A stretch of DNA of 64,000 nucleotides, taken from an uncultured Candidatus Saccharibacteria bacterium. Lineage in GTDB: Bacteria; Patescibacteriota; Minisyncoccia; UBA6257; JACOXY01. A program made the translations under genes and the position numbers. The notes under the pieces were generated by a model, which ran no database searches, was not told the origin of the DNA, and saw nothing but the letters and a program-made list of their open reading frames with translations. Positions within the stretch are counted from its first letter, which is position 1. Each line of letters starts with the position of its first letter. This document shows, piece after piece, positions 19,525 to 29,573 of the stretch. The DNA is taken from contig CAYHMC010000007.1 of NCBI GenBank assembly GCA_964357615.1, forward strand, positions 4,896 to 68,895, written 5' to 3'.

Positions 19525-19662
19525 ATTCATTATAAATTTAATCGTAATTTATTTTAAATTAAAAAACGATATCTTTCCAAAATTTTTCAGACAAGTAATA
19601 GAAGTGTGATTTTATATCATTACCTCTATATCATTTGTAATTGTAACAAACTTACTTCTTCC

Positions 19663-22131
19663 TTATAAGCATACAATACCAGCGATCTTATCTCCAGGCT
19701 TCAAGGACATTATACGAACTCCCTGAGTATCACGACCAGCTTCGCGAATATCTTTAATGCTGGTTTTAATTATTTGTCCTCTTGTAGATAAGGCTAAAAG
19801 TTCTTCTTCATTAGTAATGATTCTTGCCGCAATAACTTGTCCAGTTTTTTGATTTATTTTTGCAGTTTTAATTCCAGAGCCACCGCGATTTTGAATTTTA
19901 TATTCATTGATACTTGTTCTTTTCGCATAACCCATAGACATTACTACAAGCAAGTAAACATTCTTATCTTCGCTCGCTTCTTTGGTTATGACATCGAAAG
20001 AGCTTACTTTATCTCCTTTCTTTAATCGAATAGCATTTACTCCGCTTGCGGCTCTACCCAGCGGACGAATATCATCTTCTTTAAATCTAATAGCCTGACC
20101 GTTTCTTGTTGCAATAAGCACATCGCTACCTGAACCAGCCATACTTACCCAACGCAATAAATCTTCGTCTTTTAATTTAAGAGCAATTATTCCAGAGCGT
20201 CTGACATTTTCGAAATCTTTAAGAGGAGTTTTTTTGATTACTCCATTTTCTGTAACCATAACTAAATTTAGTTCTTCTTTTTCTTTTCCAGAATATGCAA
20301 TAACCGCGCTTACATTTTCAGTTGTTGGAATTTCTAAAAAGTTATGAATTGCTTTGCCTTTGGACGTACGGGAGCCAACTGGAATTTCATATGCTTTCGT
20401 TTGAAACACCTTACCTCCAGTTGTAAAGAAAAGCATGTTGTCATGGGTATTTACACTTACAAAATGGGTAACGAAATCTTCTTCGCCCATCTCTCCACCA
20501 ATGATTCCCTTACCACCTCTTCGCTGAACTTTAAATCCCTCTGGGTTTATTCTTTTAATATAACCTCCGGCAGAAATTGTAATAACAGCCTCTTCTTCGG
20601 GAACTAAATCTTCTTCTCGAAATTCTTTTAATCCACCGGCAACAACTTTAGTTCTTCTGGCATCTCCAAATTTTTCTTTAATTTCTTTTAGTTCATCCTT
20701 AACGACATCTTTGATTTTTTCTGGATTCTTAAGAAGAAGCTCTAATTCCTTTATGAGTTTATGTTTTTCTTTAAGTTCTTCTTCGAGTTTATATCGCTCA
20801 AGCGCAGCTAAAGCTTGCAATCTCATTTCTAATATCGCGGTTGCCTGCAAAATGCTTAACTTGAAATTTTTAATAAGATTTGCGTGGGCTTCCTCTTTGT
20901 TATTCGATTTCTTAATCGTTGCAATAATTTTATCTATAACTGAAAGCGCCTTAACAAGGCCTTCTAATATATGGGCTCTTTCTTTTGCTTTCTTTAAATC
21001 AAATTCGGCTCTTCTTTTTACAATTTCTCTGCGGTGATCTAGAAATTGCTCTAACATGTCTTTAACAGACATTAGAACTGGCTGAAGTCCGCCTTCAAGA
21101 GAAATCAAATTCAAATGGAAATCTTTTTGTAAATCAGTATGTTTATAAAGTTGATTTAGAATTTTTTGTGGAGGAACATCATTTTTTAATTCAATTACAA
21201 TTCTTATTCCATCTTTATCAGATTCATCGCGAATATCACGAATGCCTTCTAGTCTTTTCTCTTCAACTAACTCTGCCATCTTAATAATTAGCTCTGACTT
21301 GTTAACTTGATAAGGAATTTCGGTAATTATAATCGAATATTGATTATTTTTTTTCTCTATAACCTCAGCAAGTCCTCTAACGGTAATCGGACCACGACCA
21401 GATGCATAACACTCAACGATAGACTTTCTATCATATATAATGCCTCCGGTAGGAAAATCTGGTCCCTTAAGAATCTCCATAATGTCTTCAATATTAGATT
21501 TTGGTTTATGAAGAATGAGCGTAGCAGCATCAATCACCTCAACGATGTTGTGTGGTGGAATCATCGTAGTCATGCCAACTGCGATACCCATCGAACCATT
21601 TAAAAGAAGGTTTGGTATTTTTGCAGGAAGCACTTTTGGCTCTTCACGACTACTATCATAGTTTGGTTGCCAATTAACGGTTTCTTTTTCGATGTCGAGC
21701 AATAATTCCTCGGCAATTCTAGAAAGACGCGATTCAGTATAACGCATAGCAGCGGCGGAATCTCCGTCGATAGAACCGAAGTTGCCTTGTCCTTCTATTA
21801 ATGGATAGCGCATCGAAAACGGTTGCGCCAATCTTACTTGAGCATCATAAACAGATGTGTCGCCATGAGGGTGATAACGTCCCAACACTTCTCCGACTAC
21901 ATTTGCAGATTTTTTAAATTTTGCACTATGAGTCAAACCCATATCCCACATAGCCCAAAGAATTCTTCTATGAACTGGTTTTAGGCCGTCTCTAACATCG
22001 GGCAAAGCGCGAGTAACAATTACAGACATCGCATAATCAAGATAAGACTCTTGAAGCTCGTCAGTAATTTCACGCCTTTCAATTTCTGCTACAATTTTTG
22101 GAATTTTAATTTCTTTATCCTTACTTGCCAT
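19663..22131 (-). CDS. gyrA: DNA gyrase subunit A
   Basis: [29 protein letters not shown] and GyrA-box QRRGGKG. Confidence 0.98.
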   Translation of the reverse strand: MASKDKEIKIPKIVAEIERREITDELQESYLDYAMSVIVTRALPDVRDGLKPVHRRILWAMWDMGLTHSAKFKKSANVVGEVLGRYHPHGDTSVYDAQVRLAQPFSMRYPLIEGQGNFGSIDGDSAAAMRYTESRLSRIAEELLLDIEKETVNWQPNYDSSREEPKVLPAKIPNLLLNGSMGIAVGMTTMIPPHNIVEVIDAATLILHKPKSNIEDIMEILKGPDFPTGGIIYDRKSIVECYASGRGPITVRGLAEVIEKKNNQYSIIITEIPYQVNKSELIIKMAELVEEKRLEGIRDIRDESDKDGIRIVIELKNDVPPQKILNQLYKHTDLQKDFHLNLISLEGGLQPVLMSVKDMLEQFLDHRREIVKRRAEFDLKKAKERAHILEGLVKALSVIDKIIATIKKSNNKEEAHANLIKNFKLSILQATAILEMRLQALAALERYKLEEELKEKHKLIKELELLLKNPEKIKDVVKDELKEIKEKFGDARRTKVVAGGLKEFREEDLVPEEEAVITISAGGYIKRINPEGFKVQRRGGKGIIGGEMGEEDFVTHFVSVNTHDNMLFFTTGGKVFQTKAYEIPVGSRTSKGKAIHNFLEIPTTENVSAVIAYSGKEKEELNLVMVTENGVIKKTPLKDFENVRRSGIIALKLKDEDLLRWVSMAGSGSDVLIATRNGQAIRFKEDDIRPLGRAASGVNAIRLKKGDKVSSFDVITKEASEDKNVYLLVVMSMGYAKRTSINEYKIQNRGGSGIKTAKINQKTGQVIAARIITNEEELLALSTRGQIIKTSIKDIREAGRDTQGVRIMSLKPGDKIAGIVCL

Positions 22132-22143
22132 AAAATAGTTAAA

Positions 22144-22497
22144 TTAGTTGCCTATATTTTTTTCAATCATTATATCATTACTTTTATTTGTAACACCAAG
22201 AATCATGGCTTTGATTTTATTATAAATCGCTCCTGAGTTTCGTTTAAAATTTGAAATGAGTGGATTTTCTTTAGTCTCATTTGTTCGAGTAATAGAAATA
22301 GAATTTTGTTCAACTTGCGCAGTTGGTATTTTTTCAATTGTTGCATTTATATAAAGCACCCAAAAAACAAAAACAATAAAAATGGATATCCCGCTTAAAA
22401 CCATAACCCATATCTTCTTTGCTCTCTCGTCTAAATTTCTTAAATAATCAATTAAGTTATGAATTGATTTTTCTTTATAGTGATAGGAGGTGGGCAT
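22144..22497 (-). CDS. Hypothetical single-TM protein
   Basis: One TM helix; co-oriented between the MBL-fold gene and gyrA. Confidence 0.7.
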   Translation of the reverse strand: MPTSYHYKEKSIHNLIDYLRNLDERAKKIWVMVLSGISIFIVFVFWVLYINATIEKIPTAQVEQNSISITRTNETKENPLISNFKRNSGAIYNKIKAMILGVTNKSNDIMIEKNIGN

Positions 22498-22529
22498 TTT
22501 AAAAAATACAATTATACATTAATTAATAA

Positions 22530-23132
22530 CTATGCATCAATGCATACAAGTTTTGCTTTATCTCCCATCTCAATAATATCTTTCTTCTTTATAACTAGTT
22601 TATCTATTTTTTCACATTTCTTTCCTAATTCATCCACATAAGAAGCGAGTTGTTTTGCTGGATATACAACCGTAATGCTTGGGTCGAACTGTTTAATTAA
22701 CTTATCGGCACTTTTAGGATCTAAGTATGTTTTTCCAACTGGAATAAAAAGTATATCGATGTCGCTAATTTTTCCCATTATTTCAGAAGACGGTGGGGCT
22801 GATATATTTCCCATAAAAAGAATGGAGACATTTTCAATCGTTACAAGATACATTGTATCAGCAAGACCACTTTTTAAATCTAGATTTGTTTGAAAACCAT
22901 GCACCAAAACCTCTTGAATTTCATATTCACCACCACCAGAAATAACCATCTCCCCTTTACTAGAAACAGAAGAAGATAGAGCCGGCACATCACCCTTGCC
23001 AACATTAACTAACTTGTTTTGAGTTAAAAGTGTTATGTCTGACTTAAATTTTTCACTAGTAGGATCAATTAAAACATTAATTTTGCCACTTCCAATCCTA
23101 AAGCAAGTATCATTGTGATATGTAATTACCAT
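22530..23132 (-). CDS. MBL-fold (Lactamase_B_3-like) protein with degenerate metal motif
   Basis: MVITYH..TCFRI, LIDP, GEYEIQEV, DIDILFIPVG; no HxHxDH. Confidence 0.75.
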   Translation of the reverse strand: MVITYHNDTCFRIGSGKINVLIDPTSEKFKSDITLLTQNKLVNVGKGDVPALSSSVSSKGEMVISGGGEYEIQEVLVHGFQTNLDLKSGLADTMYLVTIENVSILFMGNISAPPSSEIMGKISDIDILFIPVGKTYLDPKSADKLIKQFDPSITVVYPAKQLASYVDELGKKCEKIDKLVIKKKDIIEMGDKAKLVCIDA

Positions 23133-23475
23133 TTTTTTACAAACTGCTAACTTAAATTAAATAATAAATATTGAAGGAAATTATGCATAGCCTTTACGAT
23201 TTTATTATTTATCGTTACCAGTTATGAGTTATTCATTATACATTACCTTAATTAAACTTGCTTTTCAACTCAAAATGGCTTATAGTGACATTCAACTAGT
23301 TATTACTAGATTGTAAGTATATGGCTATATTTAGCTGAAAATCTAAATATCCATTTAATTTCCAAAGCGACTAGTATGATTAAATCGATTTAGATAAATT
23401 TAAATCGAACATTATTATTAATATTAATTTGGAATAAAAACGAAATTTAATTTATCGTTTTCTGTCTTTATAAAA

Positions 23476-24555
23476 ATGAAAACTTCATTCGCAGATTTTG
23501 TAAAAAATGACGCCACGGTGTTAAAGCTTCCTCGCGAAGGCGAAGTAGTAGATGGCATACTAATTGAAAAGAAACCACGCAGAGCTTATTTTAATTTAGG
23601 CACTCTTGGAACTGGAATAGTTTATGGTAGAGAATATTTAAATGCAAAAGAAATTATTAAGGGATTAGCTGTGGGAGATAAAATGAGCGCTAAAATATCT
23701 GCCGTTCAGAACGAAGATGGCTATGTAGAACTTTCACTTGGCGCAGCAAGCGAAGAAAAACAATGGGGTGGGGTTCAAGACCTTAAAGAATCTGGTGAAA
23801 TTATCACCCTAAAAATAACTGGGGCAAATAGCGGAGGTTTAATAGCTGATTTAAGCAACTTAAAAGCATTTTTACCTGTATCACAATTATCTAACGAACA
23901 TTATCCTAGAATTTCTGGTAGCGAGAATCAAAAAGAGGCCATATTAAAAGAGCTTAAGAAATTTACAGGACAGGAAATGCGAGTAAAAGTAATAGATGTA
24001 AATCCCAGAACTGAAAAACTTATTATTTCCGAGCGTGAAATTACAGATGAAAATGTCAAAGAATTACTTAAAAAATATACGGTAGGCGATATAGTCGATG
24101 GCATAGTATCGGGCGTTGCAGATTTTGGAGCCTTTGTTAAATTTGTTGACAATCCAGCAATTGAAGGACTTATTCACATCTCTGAACTTGATCATAAACT
24201 AATAGAAGGACCGAAAGATGTGGTTAAGGTTGACGACCCAGTAAGAGTAAAAATTATTGATATAAAAGATGGCAGGGTATTCTTGTCTCTCAAAGCCCTA
24301 AAAGCCGACCCATGGGCCACCATTGCAGAAAGATACAAAGAAGGAGCAGAAGTTTCTGGAAAAGTTAAAAAGTTTAACCCTTATGGTGCGTTTATAGACT
24401 TGGGCGACGGCGAAATTCAAGGCCTAATCCATGTTTCTGAATTTGGGGGAACAGAAGAAATGAAAAAAGTGTTAGAGCTTGGAAATACGTATAACTTCAC
24501 AATAACAACACTAAAACCAGAAGAGAAAAGATTGCTTCTTAAGATAAAAAAATAA
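23476..24555 (+). CDS. rpsA: 30S ribosomal protein S1 (four S1 domains)
   Basis: AFLPVSQL, DFGAFV...EGLIHISEL, YGAFIDL...GLIHVSEF. Confidence 0.92.
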   Translation: MKTSFADFVKNDATVLKLPREGEVVDGILIEKKPRRAYFNLGTLGTGIVYGREYLNAKEIIKGLAVGDKMSAKISAVQNEDGYVELSLGAASEEKQWGGVQDLKESGEIITLKITGANSGGLIADLSNLKAFLPVSQLSNEHYPRISGSENQKEAILKELKKFTGQEMRVKVIDVNPRTEKLIISEREITDENVKELLKKYTVGDIVDGIVSGVADFGAFVKFVDNPAIEGLIHISELDHKLIEGPKDVVKVDDPVRVKIIDIKDGRVFLSLKALKADPWATIAERYKEGAEVSGKVKKFNPYGAFIDLGDGEIQGLIHVSEFGGTEEMKKVLELGNTYNFTITTLKPEEKRLLLKIKK

Positions 24556-24576
24556 TTCACTTTGTATTATTGAATT

Positions 24577-24610
24577 AAAAAAAATCACGACTACCATGTC
24601 GTGTTTTTTT
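24577..24610 (+). terminator. Intrinsic terminator after rpsA
   Basis: CACGAC-TACCAT-GTCGTG followed by a T run. Confidence 0.75.
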
Positions 24611-24618
24611 ATTTAAAT

Positions 24619-24661
24619 AAAAAAGGGAGGGTCGCACAGCGTACTGCTGTGTGCCCTCCCT
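24619..24661 (-). terminator. GC-rich intrinsic terminator of the 24682 gene
   Basis: GGGAGGG...GCACAGC GTACT GCTGTGT...CCCTCCC with a T run on the minus strand. Confidence 0.8.
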
Positions 24662-24681
24662 GTGAATCAGAAACCCACTGA

Positions 24682-25095
24682 CTAGGCGGAGAAGAGTGCT
24701 TCGACTTCGTTCGCCTCGGTCACGCGACCCTGCGACCCCACGGTCGAAGTCTCGAGATCGGCGATCGCAAGACGAAGTCGCGCAATCTCGACTTCGGTCT
24801 CACGCTTCTCCTCGGCGTTCTGGGCTTGGAGCGAATCCTCGTTGACTCGGAGCTTGGCTGCGTCGGAGGCCACGGTGTTCTCGAGTCCGAGGACACCAAC
24901 CACGACACCCATGACAGCGCCAACTTGCTCTGGAGTGCTCGCGAACTTGGAAGTCGCGATTGCCTTCGCCAGGTCGAACACCATCGGCTTGGGCAACTTG
25001 ATCGACTCCTTGCCGGTTTTGATGCCGACCGCGAAAGTAAGTAGCGTCATCCCGATGAAAATCACTGTCCCGATGAAAATCGTGGGCATATCCAT
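24682..25095 (-). CDS. High-GC orphan: N-terminal TM plus coiled coil
   Basis: About 60% GC; ATG 25095 preceded by SD AAGGAG; has its own promoter and terminator. Confidence 0.75.
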   Translation of the reverse strand: MDMPTIFIGTVIFIGMTLLTFAVGIKTGKESIKLPKPMVFDLAKAIATSKFASTPEQVGAVMGVVVGVLGLENTVASDAAKLRVNEDSLQAQNAEEKRETEVEIARLRLAIADLETSTVGSQGRVTEANEVEALFSA

Positions 25096-25179
25096 TTGGT
25101 TCTCTCCTTTTCTTTGAGGGCTTCTGTGCCCTGGTCGCACTTTGAGGCTTTTGGAGCCTCCTAATCTCTTGCTTTTTTA

Positions 25180-25208
25180 ATTATAGCATTTTTTCATGAA
25201 TTTGTCAA
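25180..25208 (-). promoter_or_regulatory. Perfect consensus sigma70 promoter
   Basis: Minus strand TTGACA-AATTCATGAAAAAATGC(17)-TATAAT. Confidence 0.85.
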
Positions 25209-25422
25209 TATTGAGTAACATTATCTTTATATAAAGGCTTTTATACTTGCTCATTTCAACAAATTACATAGCTATACAATAGAAATAGCTTATATGTCTG
25301 TGGAAAAAGACTGAATTTCTCTTATCAAACGCGATTTTTATGCTTAAAATACTACTAATTTTATACTATGACCCCCTTTTTAGAAGTCGCTATGACGCGA
25401 AGAACCCCTGCTTCTATCGGGG

Positions 25423-25451
25423 TTGACAAAAAGCTATTTTTTTGCTATAAT
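25423..25451 (+). promoter_or_regulatory. Perfect consensus sigma70 promoter
   Basis: TTGACA-AAAAGCTATTTTTTTGC(17)-TATAAT. Confidence 0.85.
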
Positions 25452-25560
25452 GGCCCCAGAACATAACGATCCTAACGGCTAGCTCTTCTTCTAGAGTTGC
25501 ATTGGTTGCAGCTCGAGAGCCTTAGTCTTAAGGACAAAACAACAAGAGAAGGAGAATTTC

Positions 25561-26478
25561 ATGACTCGAAACACGCGCAGTAGTAAGAGTTCCCGCGAAC
25601 AGCACGTGGACGCGAACTTCGACGGCGACCACAAGAAGGCCGAAGCGACCGAGCGACACGAAAAGGAAGGCACCTTCACCGGTGTCCACATCCACTTCGG
25701 CGTCGGTGTCTACGAAGGCCATGCCGACGAGAACACCGAGGTCAAGGAAGCTTGGCGCTTGAAGAAGTACGGCTTCGCGACCGTTCGGGCTCTCGCCGTC
25801 AACTTCGGCAAGATGATCGACGCTGGCACGATGGCCGCCGGCAAGCCGTGTGGTCGGTGTGGCGACTACGTTCCGGGCGACATCAACTCGCTCGAGACGC
25901 TCGAGACGCTGGTCACGATGGCGGTCAACTACGCGCAGAATCGTCCGATCACCAAGGACGAGTGCAACGAAGTCCTCGCCGAAGTCCGGGTCACCCTCGG
26001 TAAGCAGGCCAAGATGAACTCCCGGCTGTCCTTCGACGATCTCGTCGAGCGCTTCACGGCGGTGGACAACGAGGTCTTCGCCGTCAGCCACTCCGCAGTG
26101 GCGAACACCATCGACTACCGCAAGTACGTCGAGACGGTGGAGGCGGTGGAAGAGGAGTGTCTCACGCGTGTTCGCGACAACCTCGTGAACGGAATTCGTG
26201 AGCTCGCCGACGACCTCGGTGGCGAGAAGAAAACCGTCGTTCTCACGGCGGTCGAGCGTATCTTGGCGGAGGAGAGCAATCTCCGTCGTCAGATCGGTGC
26301 GCTCATGGCCGAGCGTCTGCAGTGTCGCCAGGCCGGCGCGAAGTACGCATCGCAGCGTGCGGACGAGCGCGCGTCGGAAGGTCGGCGCGAGCAACGCTTC
26401 ACCCCCCGTCAGGGACGGGGTCGGGGTCGAGGAACCCACGGTGGCGGTCGCTACCAGGCGCGGAGCGCCCAGCAGTAA
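25561..26478 (+). CDS. High-GC orphan protein: CxxC motif, helical/coiled-coil body, Arg/Gly-rich tail
   Basis: 62-68% GC in sampled lines with strong GC3 bias; SD GAAGGAG; CGRC; C-terminal RQGRGRGRGTHGGGRY. Confidence 0.8.
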   Translation: MTRNTRSSKSSREQHVDANFDGDHKKAEATERHEKEGTFTGVHIHFGVGVYEGHADENTEVKEAWRLKKYGFATVRALAVNFGKMIDAGTMAAGKPCGRCGDYVPGDINSLETLETLVTMAVNYAQNRPITKDECNEVLAEVRVTLGKQAKMNSRLSFDDLVERFTAVDNEVFAVSHSAVANTIDYRKYVETVEAVEEECLTRVRDNLVNGIRELADDLGGEKKTVVLTAVERILAEESNLRRQIGALMAERLQCRQAGAKYASQRADERASEGRREQRFTPRQGRGRGRGTHGGGRYQARSAQQ

Positions 26479-26510
26479 ACTAGGTACCTCGCCTAGTAGC
26501 AGTTGATGCG

Positions 26511-26564
26511 AAGGGGAGGCAGTAAGTTTCTAGCGCAAGCTAGAGCCTGCCTCCCCCTTTTTTT
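26511..26564 (+). terminator. GC-rich intrinsic terminator with nested hairpin
   Basis: GGGGAGGCAG...CTAGC-GCAA-GCTAG...CTGCCTCCCC followed by T7. Confidence 0.85.
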
Positions 26565-26636
26565 AAGAATTTTTAATTTTTGAATTTTTAAAAAAGGGAG
26601 TTAAGTCTCACAAGCTTAAAGTAATTCTGGATTTAA

Positions 26637-26799
26637 TAGACCCTTTGCGCAATTAATTTCGTAGCGAGAATTCTGGATTTTCTGCGAGGCGAAGTAAAAA
26701 TTTTGAAGGTGTATACAAAGTTATACTTCAAGAAATTTTTACAAAGCCGTAGCTAAAATATGGAATTCGTTGTAGAAAAGTAATTGTGCAAAAGGTCTA
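26637..26799. mobile_element. ~160-bp palindromic element (RPE1/MITE-like)
   Basis: TAGACCCTTTGCGCAATTA ... TAATTGTGCAAAAGGTCTA termini with nested pairing down to GTATA/TATAC; TAATA repeated at both flanks. Confidence 0.75.
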
Positions 26800-26910
26800 A
26801 TATATTAGTTTGCGCTTGTGAAACTTGACAATCCCCATTCATTTTACGAAGGGACACAAACGCAGAAAAACCAGAAACAAAACTCGTAGCAAAGAGAGGA
26901 GAGAGTTCTG

Positions 26911-28359
26911 ATGATTTACACTATGCTTGGAGAAGATACCAGAGCTCCTGGAGGACCAGGCGCAACTTGCCATCTTCTGGAGTTGGCTGGAAAGACACTG
27001 GTAATAGATTGCGGTCTTAGATTTGAAAAGACGAGAGATGAAGAGAAAGTTTCTCTCGGCCCAGATCTTTCTAAAATCAAGAATAAAAGGGTAGATGCTG
27101 CATTCATTACGCATCTTCACCTTGACCACATGGGATGCTTCCCTGTATTTACAAGAGAACATCCAGATACGCCAATCTTTGCATCATGGCCAACCGCCCA
27201 CGGACTTCACATTCCAATCGAAGACACACTGAAGATTGGCCGGAGAGCGGAGCGTTGCGCCAGATTTTCTGGCAAAGATTATACCCCTCCGTTATATACG
27301 GCGGGAGATGCACATCGCTTTATGAATATGATTAATCCAGTCGATTGTCCGACATGGATGAATTTTATGGATTGGCCAGGCTGGCAAGTTGGGTTCTATC
27401 CAGCCGGTCACACCATAGGCGCAATGAGCATTTATATTGACTCTCCGGAAGGGCATTTCGTTATTACTGGCGATTGTTCGGCTCATAGCCAACCAATCAC
27501 TAGTGGAGTCCTTATTCCTCCCGCTGGATTCTTGGGAGAATTCATAAGTGAGTCTGCAAAAAGCAAATCGGGTCTCACGATTATTACCGAGGCCACGAAT
27601 GGTGCACGCACGCTTCCCGATATGTTGGCGCAGGAATCCGCAATGATTGCGGCATGTTCCGCAGCCAAAAATCGTGGTGGAGTTGCGATGCTTCATTCTT
27701 TTGCAGAAGGGCGCTCTGCTAATAATGCCATGCGCCTTGCCCCACATTTTCCAGTTCATATTGACGGACTGGCACGAGATTGGTGGCGCTTCTATGAAAG
27801 CGAAGACAGTTGCTGGGATGCCGGCGACGAAGAGCGCGCATTGATGATGCGCAAACTTCGCGAAGAAGGTCGCATCATCTTAATAGAAGGCACGAGTCGC
27901 GAAGACACAGAAGAACATCGCTTAAATCTCGCACTTGGAATGGATAGGTGCGGTAAAGAGGAATTCTCGCCGATTATTACACCAGCGGCAACTCTAGAGT
28001 CTGGCACAGCAATTTTCTATGGCCAGCATATTCTACGCAATAGAGATAATGTAGTCATCTCAACCGGACATCGCTTTCCGGACACCCCAGGAGATGCAAT
28101 CTTTAATGTAGAGAAGGGGCTAACAGTGAAGCTGGGCGAAGAGCATGTACCAGTCTCCTGCGAAACAGCTCACTTCGACTTCTCTGCTCACGATGGCGGA
28201 GACATACTCGCAAAGCGATGTGAAATCCTCGGAGCGAATCGAGTAATCATGCATCATGGTGATGACCGAAATCTCAGAGGCCTAGAAAATCGCCTTCTCT
28301 CGCTTACAAATCCTCCCGAAATCGCTTGGGGAAGATATGGAATTGTTTTTGAATTTTGA
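26911..28359 (+). CDS. Metallo-beta-lactamase/beta-CASP ribonuclease (CPSF/Ysh1-like)
   Basis: VIDCG, THLHLDHMG, AGHTIGA, ITGD, TEATNG, FSAH and MHHGD motifs. Confidence 0.92.
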   Translation: MIYTMLGEDTRAPGGPGATCHLLELAGKTLVIDCGLRFEKTRDEEKVSLGPDLSKIKNKRVDAAFITHLHLDHMGCFPVFTREHPDTPIFASWPTAHGLHIPIEDTLKIGRRAERCARFSGKDYTPPLYTAGDAHRFMNMINPVDCPTWMNFMDWPGWQVGFYPAGHTIGAMSIYIDSPEGHFVITGDCSAHSQPITSGVLIPPAGFLGEFISESAKSKSGLTIITEATNGARTLPDMLAQESAMIAACSAAKNRGGVAMLHSFAEGRSANNAMRLAPHFPVHIDGLARDWWRFYESEDSCWDAGDEERALMMRKLREEGRIILIEGTSREDTEEHRLNLALGMDRCGKEEFSPIITPAATLESGTAIFYGQHILRNRDNVVISTGHRFPDTPGDAIFNVEKGLTVKLGEEHVPVSCETAHFDFSAHDGGDILAKRCEILGANRVIMHHGDDRNLRGLENRLLSLTNPPEIAWGRYGIVFEF

Positions 28360-28378
28360 TTTTTAGAAAATTACACGA

Positions 28379-28426
28379 CCACCCGACATTATTAGCGTTA
28401 TGCTAAATCACTCGGGTGGATTTTTT
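28379..28426 (+). terminator. Intrinsic terminator with nested hairpin
   Basis: CCACCCGA...TTAGC-GTTAT-GCTAA...TCGGGTGG followed by a T run. Confidence 0.75.
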
Positions 28427-28512
28427 ATTTTTATATACACATATAATCAAATAATATCTATTTGACACATATTGTTTATTATGGTAGAAAAAGACCAGAA
28501 AGAGAGGTTCCA

Positions 28513-29400
28513 ATGGAACAGAAAGCATTGCTAGACCCAAACAGTCGAAGCACAAAAGCCAGAGACAGAACATCATCTGGCCTCGCTGCCGCCATCAAAA
28601 CGGTGCGAGAAGAAGATGCAACTTTTAGCAGTATCAGACCACTTATTGGACTAGAAAAACTGCATATTCTTGTGGTTAGTAATAACAATTACAAAGATCA
28701 GGGGCGAGAATCAAATTTCGGAACATCCGATTATGGGAAACCTGCGGGAGTTGGTTTTCCGACTGGCGGTAGCGAAGCTCAAGAAGCAACAGAGCACGCC
28801 GCCGAAAGAGAAACTGCTTTCGAAAGTGGATTTCCTGTAAACCATACCATTCGCTTTATGGAAGAATATACAAACCTAAAGCGAGACCGAAGAATTGGCA
28901 TGGAAAAATATCATCCTCATTTTCTATACCTAATCGATGTCGACTCCGATTATGTTGGTCCTATTAGAGAGAAAAAAGAAATTAAGTGGGCCAAGTGGAT
29001 TACTTTTTGCGAAATTGTTGAGCGTCTAAAGCTTGGACAGAAGGCGCTTAAACTTATGCAAGAAAATCGATCGAATAAGTATAATAATCCAGAAGCATTC
29101 TACTTTAGTCATGCTAATAATTTTCTAATTCCTTTTTTTCTAAGTGTCTATTATATGACCGAAGAAGAAATTGATGAGATTACGAATAATCGTTATAGGA
29201 ATTGGATTAAGCGCTTTCGTCCTTATATTGTTCAGGAGATTGACGACCATGCCGAAGAGTTAATTGACCTCAGGCTAATGGATTGTGTCACAAATTCCGA
29301 AGATAACGGAACCGAAGAAACGATGAGTGATACTGGTGAATCGCCCAGCGAAAACAATAATTTCCCGCTTGAAATGTTCTGTGACATGTTTAACGACTAA
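28513..29400 (+). CDS. Nudix-like hydrolase with variant Nudix box and acidic tail
   Basis: FPTGGSEAQEATEHAAERETAFESGF matches GX5EX7REUXEEXGU with FE in place of EE; ATG 28513 after SD AGAGAGG. Confidence 0.7.
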   Translation: MEQKALLDPNSRSTKARDRTSSGLAAAIKTVREEDATFSSIRPLIGLEKLHILVVSNNNYKDQGRESNFGTSDYGKPAGVGFPTGGSEAQEATEHAAERETAFESGFPVNHTIRFMEEYTNLKRDRRIGMEKYHPHFLYLIDVDSDYVGPIREKKEIKWAKWITFCEIVERLKLGQKALKLMQENRSNKYNNPEAFYFSHANNFLIPFFLSVYYMTEEEIDEITNNRYRNWIKRFRPYIVQEIDDHAEELIDLRLMDCVTNSEDNGTEETMSDTGESPSENNNFPLEMFCDMFND

Positions 29401-29573
29401 CAACCACCATATACATGCTCTGCACTTTGCAGAGCTCTTTTTATTTCTTATTTAAAAACTCTCGCCATAAAACACGATATAAATTTAAAAACTACTAATA
29501 AAAACCATTAAAAAAAATTTTACATAATGTGTTATCGTGGTACAATGTTTGTAATAACCTTAAAAATAAATCT

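Noticed and set aside
25528-26439. 303-aa antisense ORF and other overlapping ORFs in the high-GC genes
   Set aside because: Expected shadow of strong GC3 bias; promoter, SD and terminator all support the + strand 25561 gene
28462-28512. TTG start for the Nudix ORF
   Set aside because: The TTG is part of a TTGACA -35-like box; ATG 28513 has an SD
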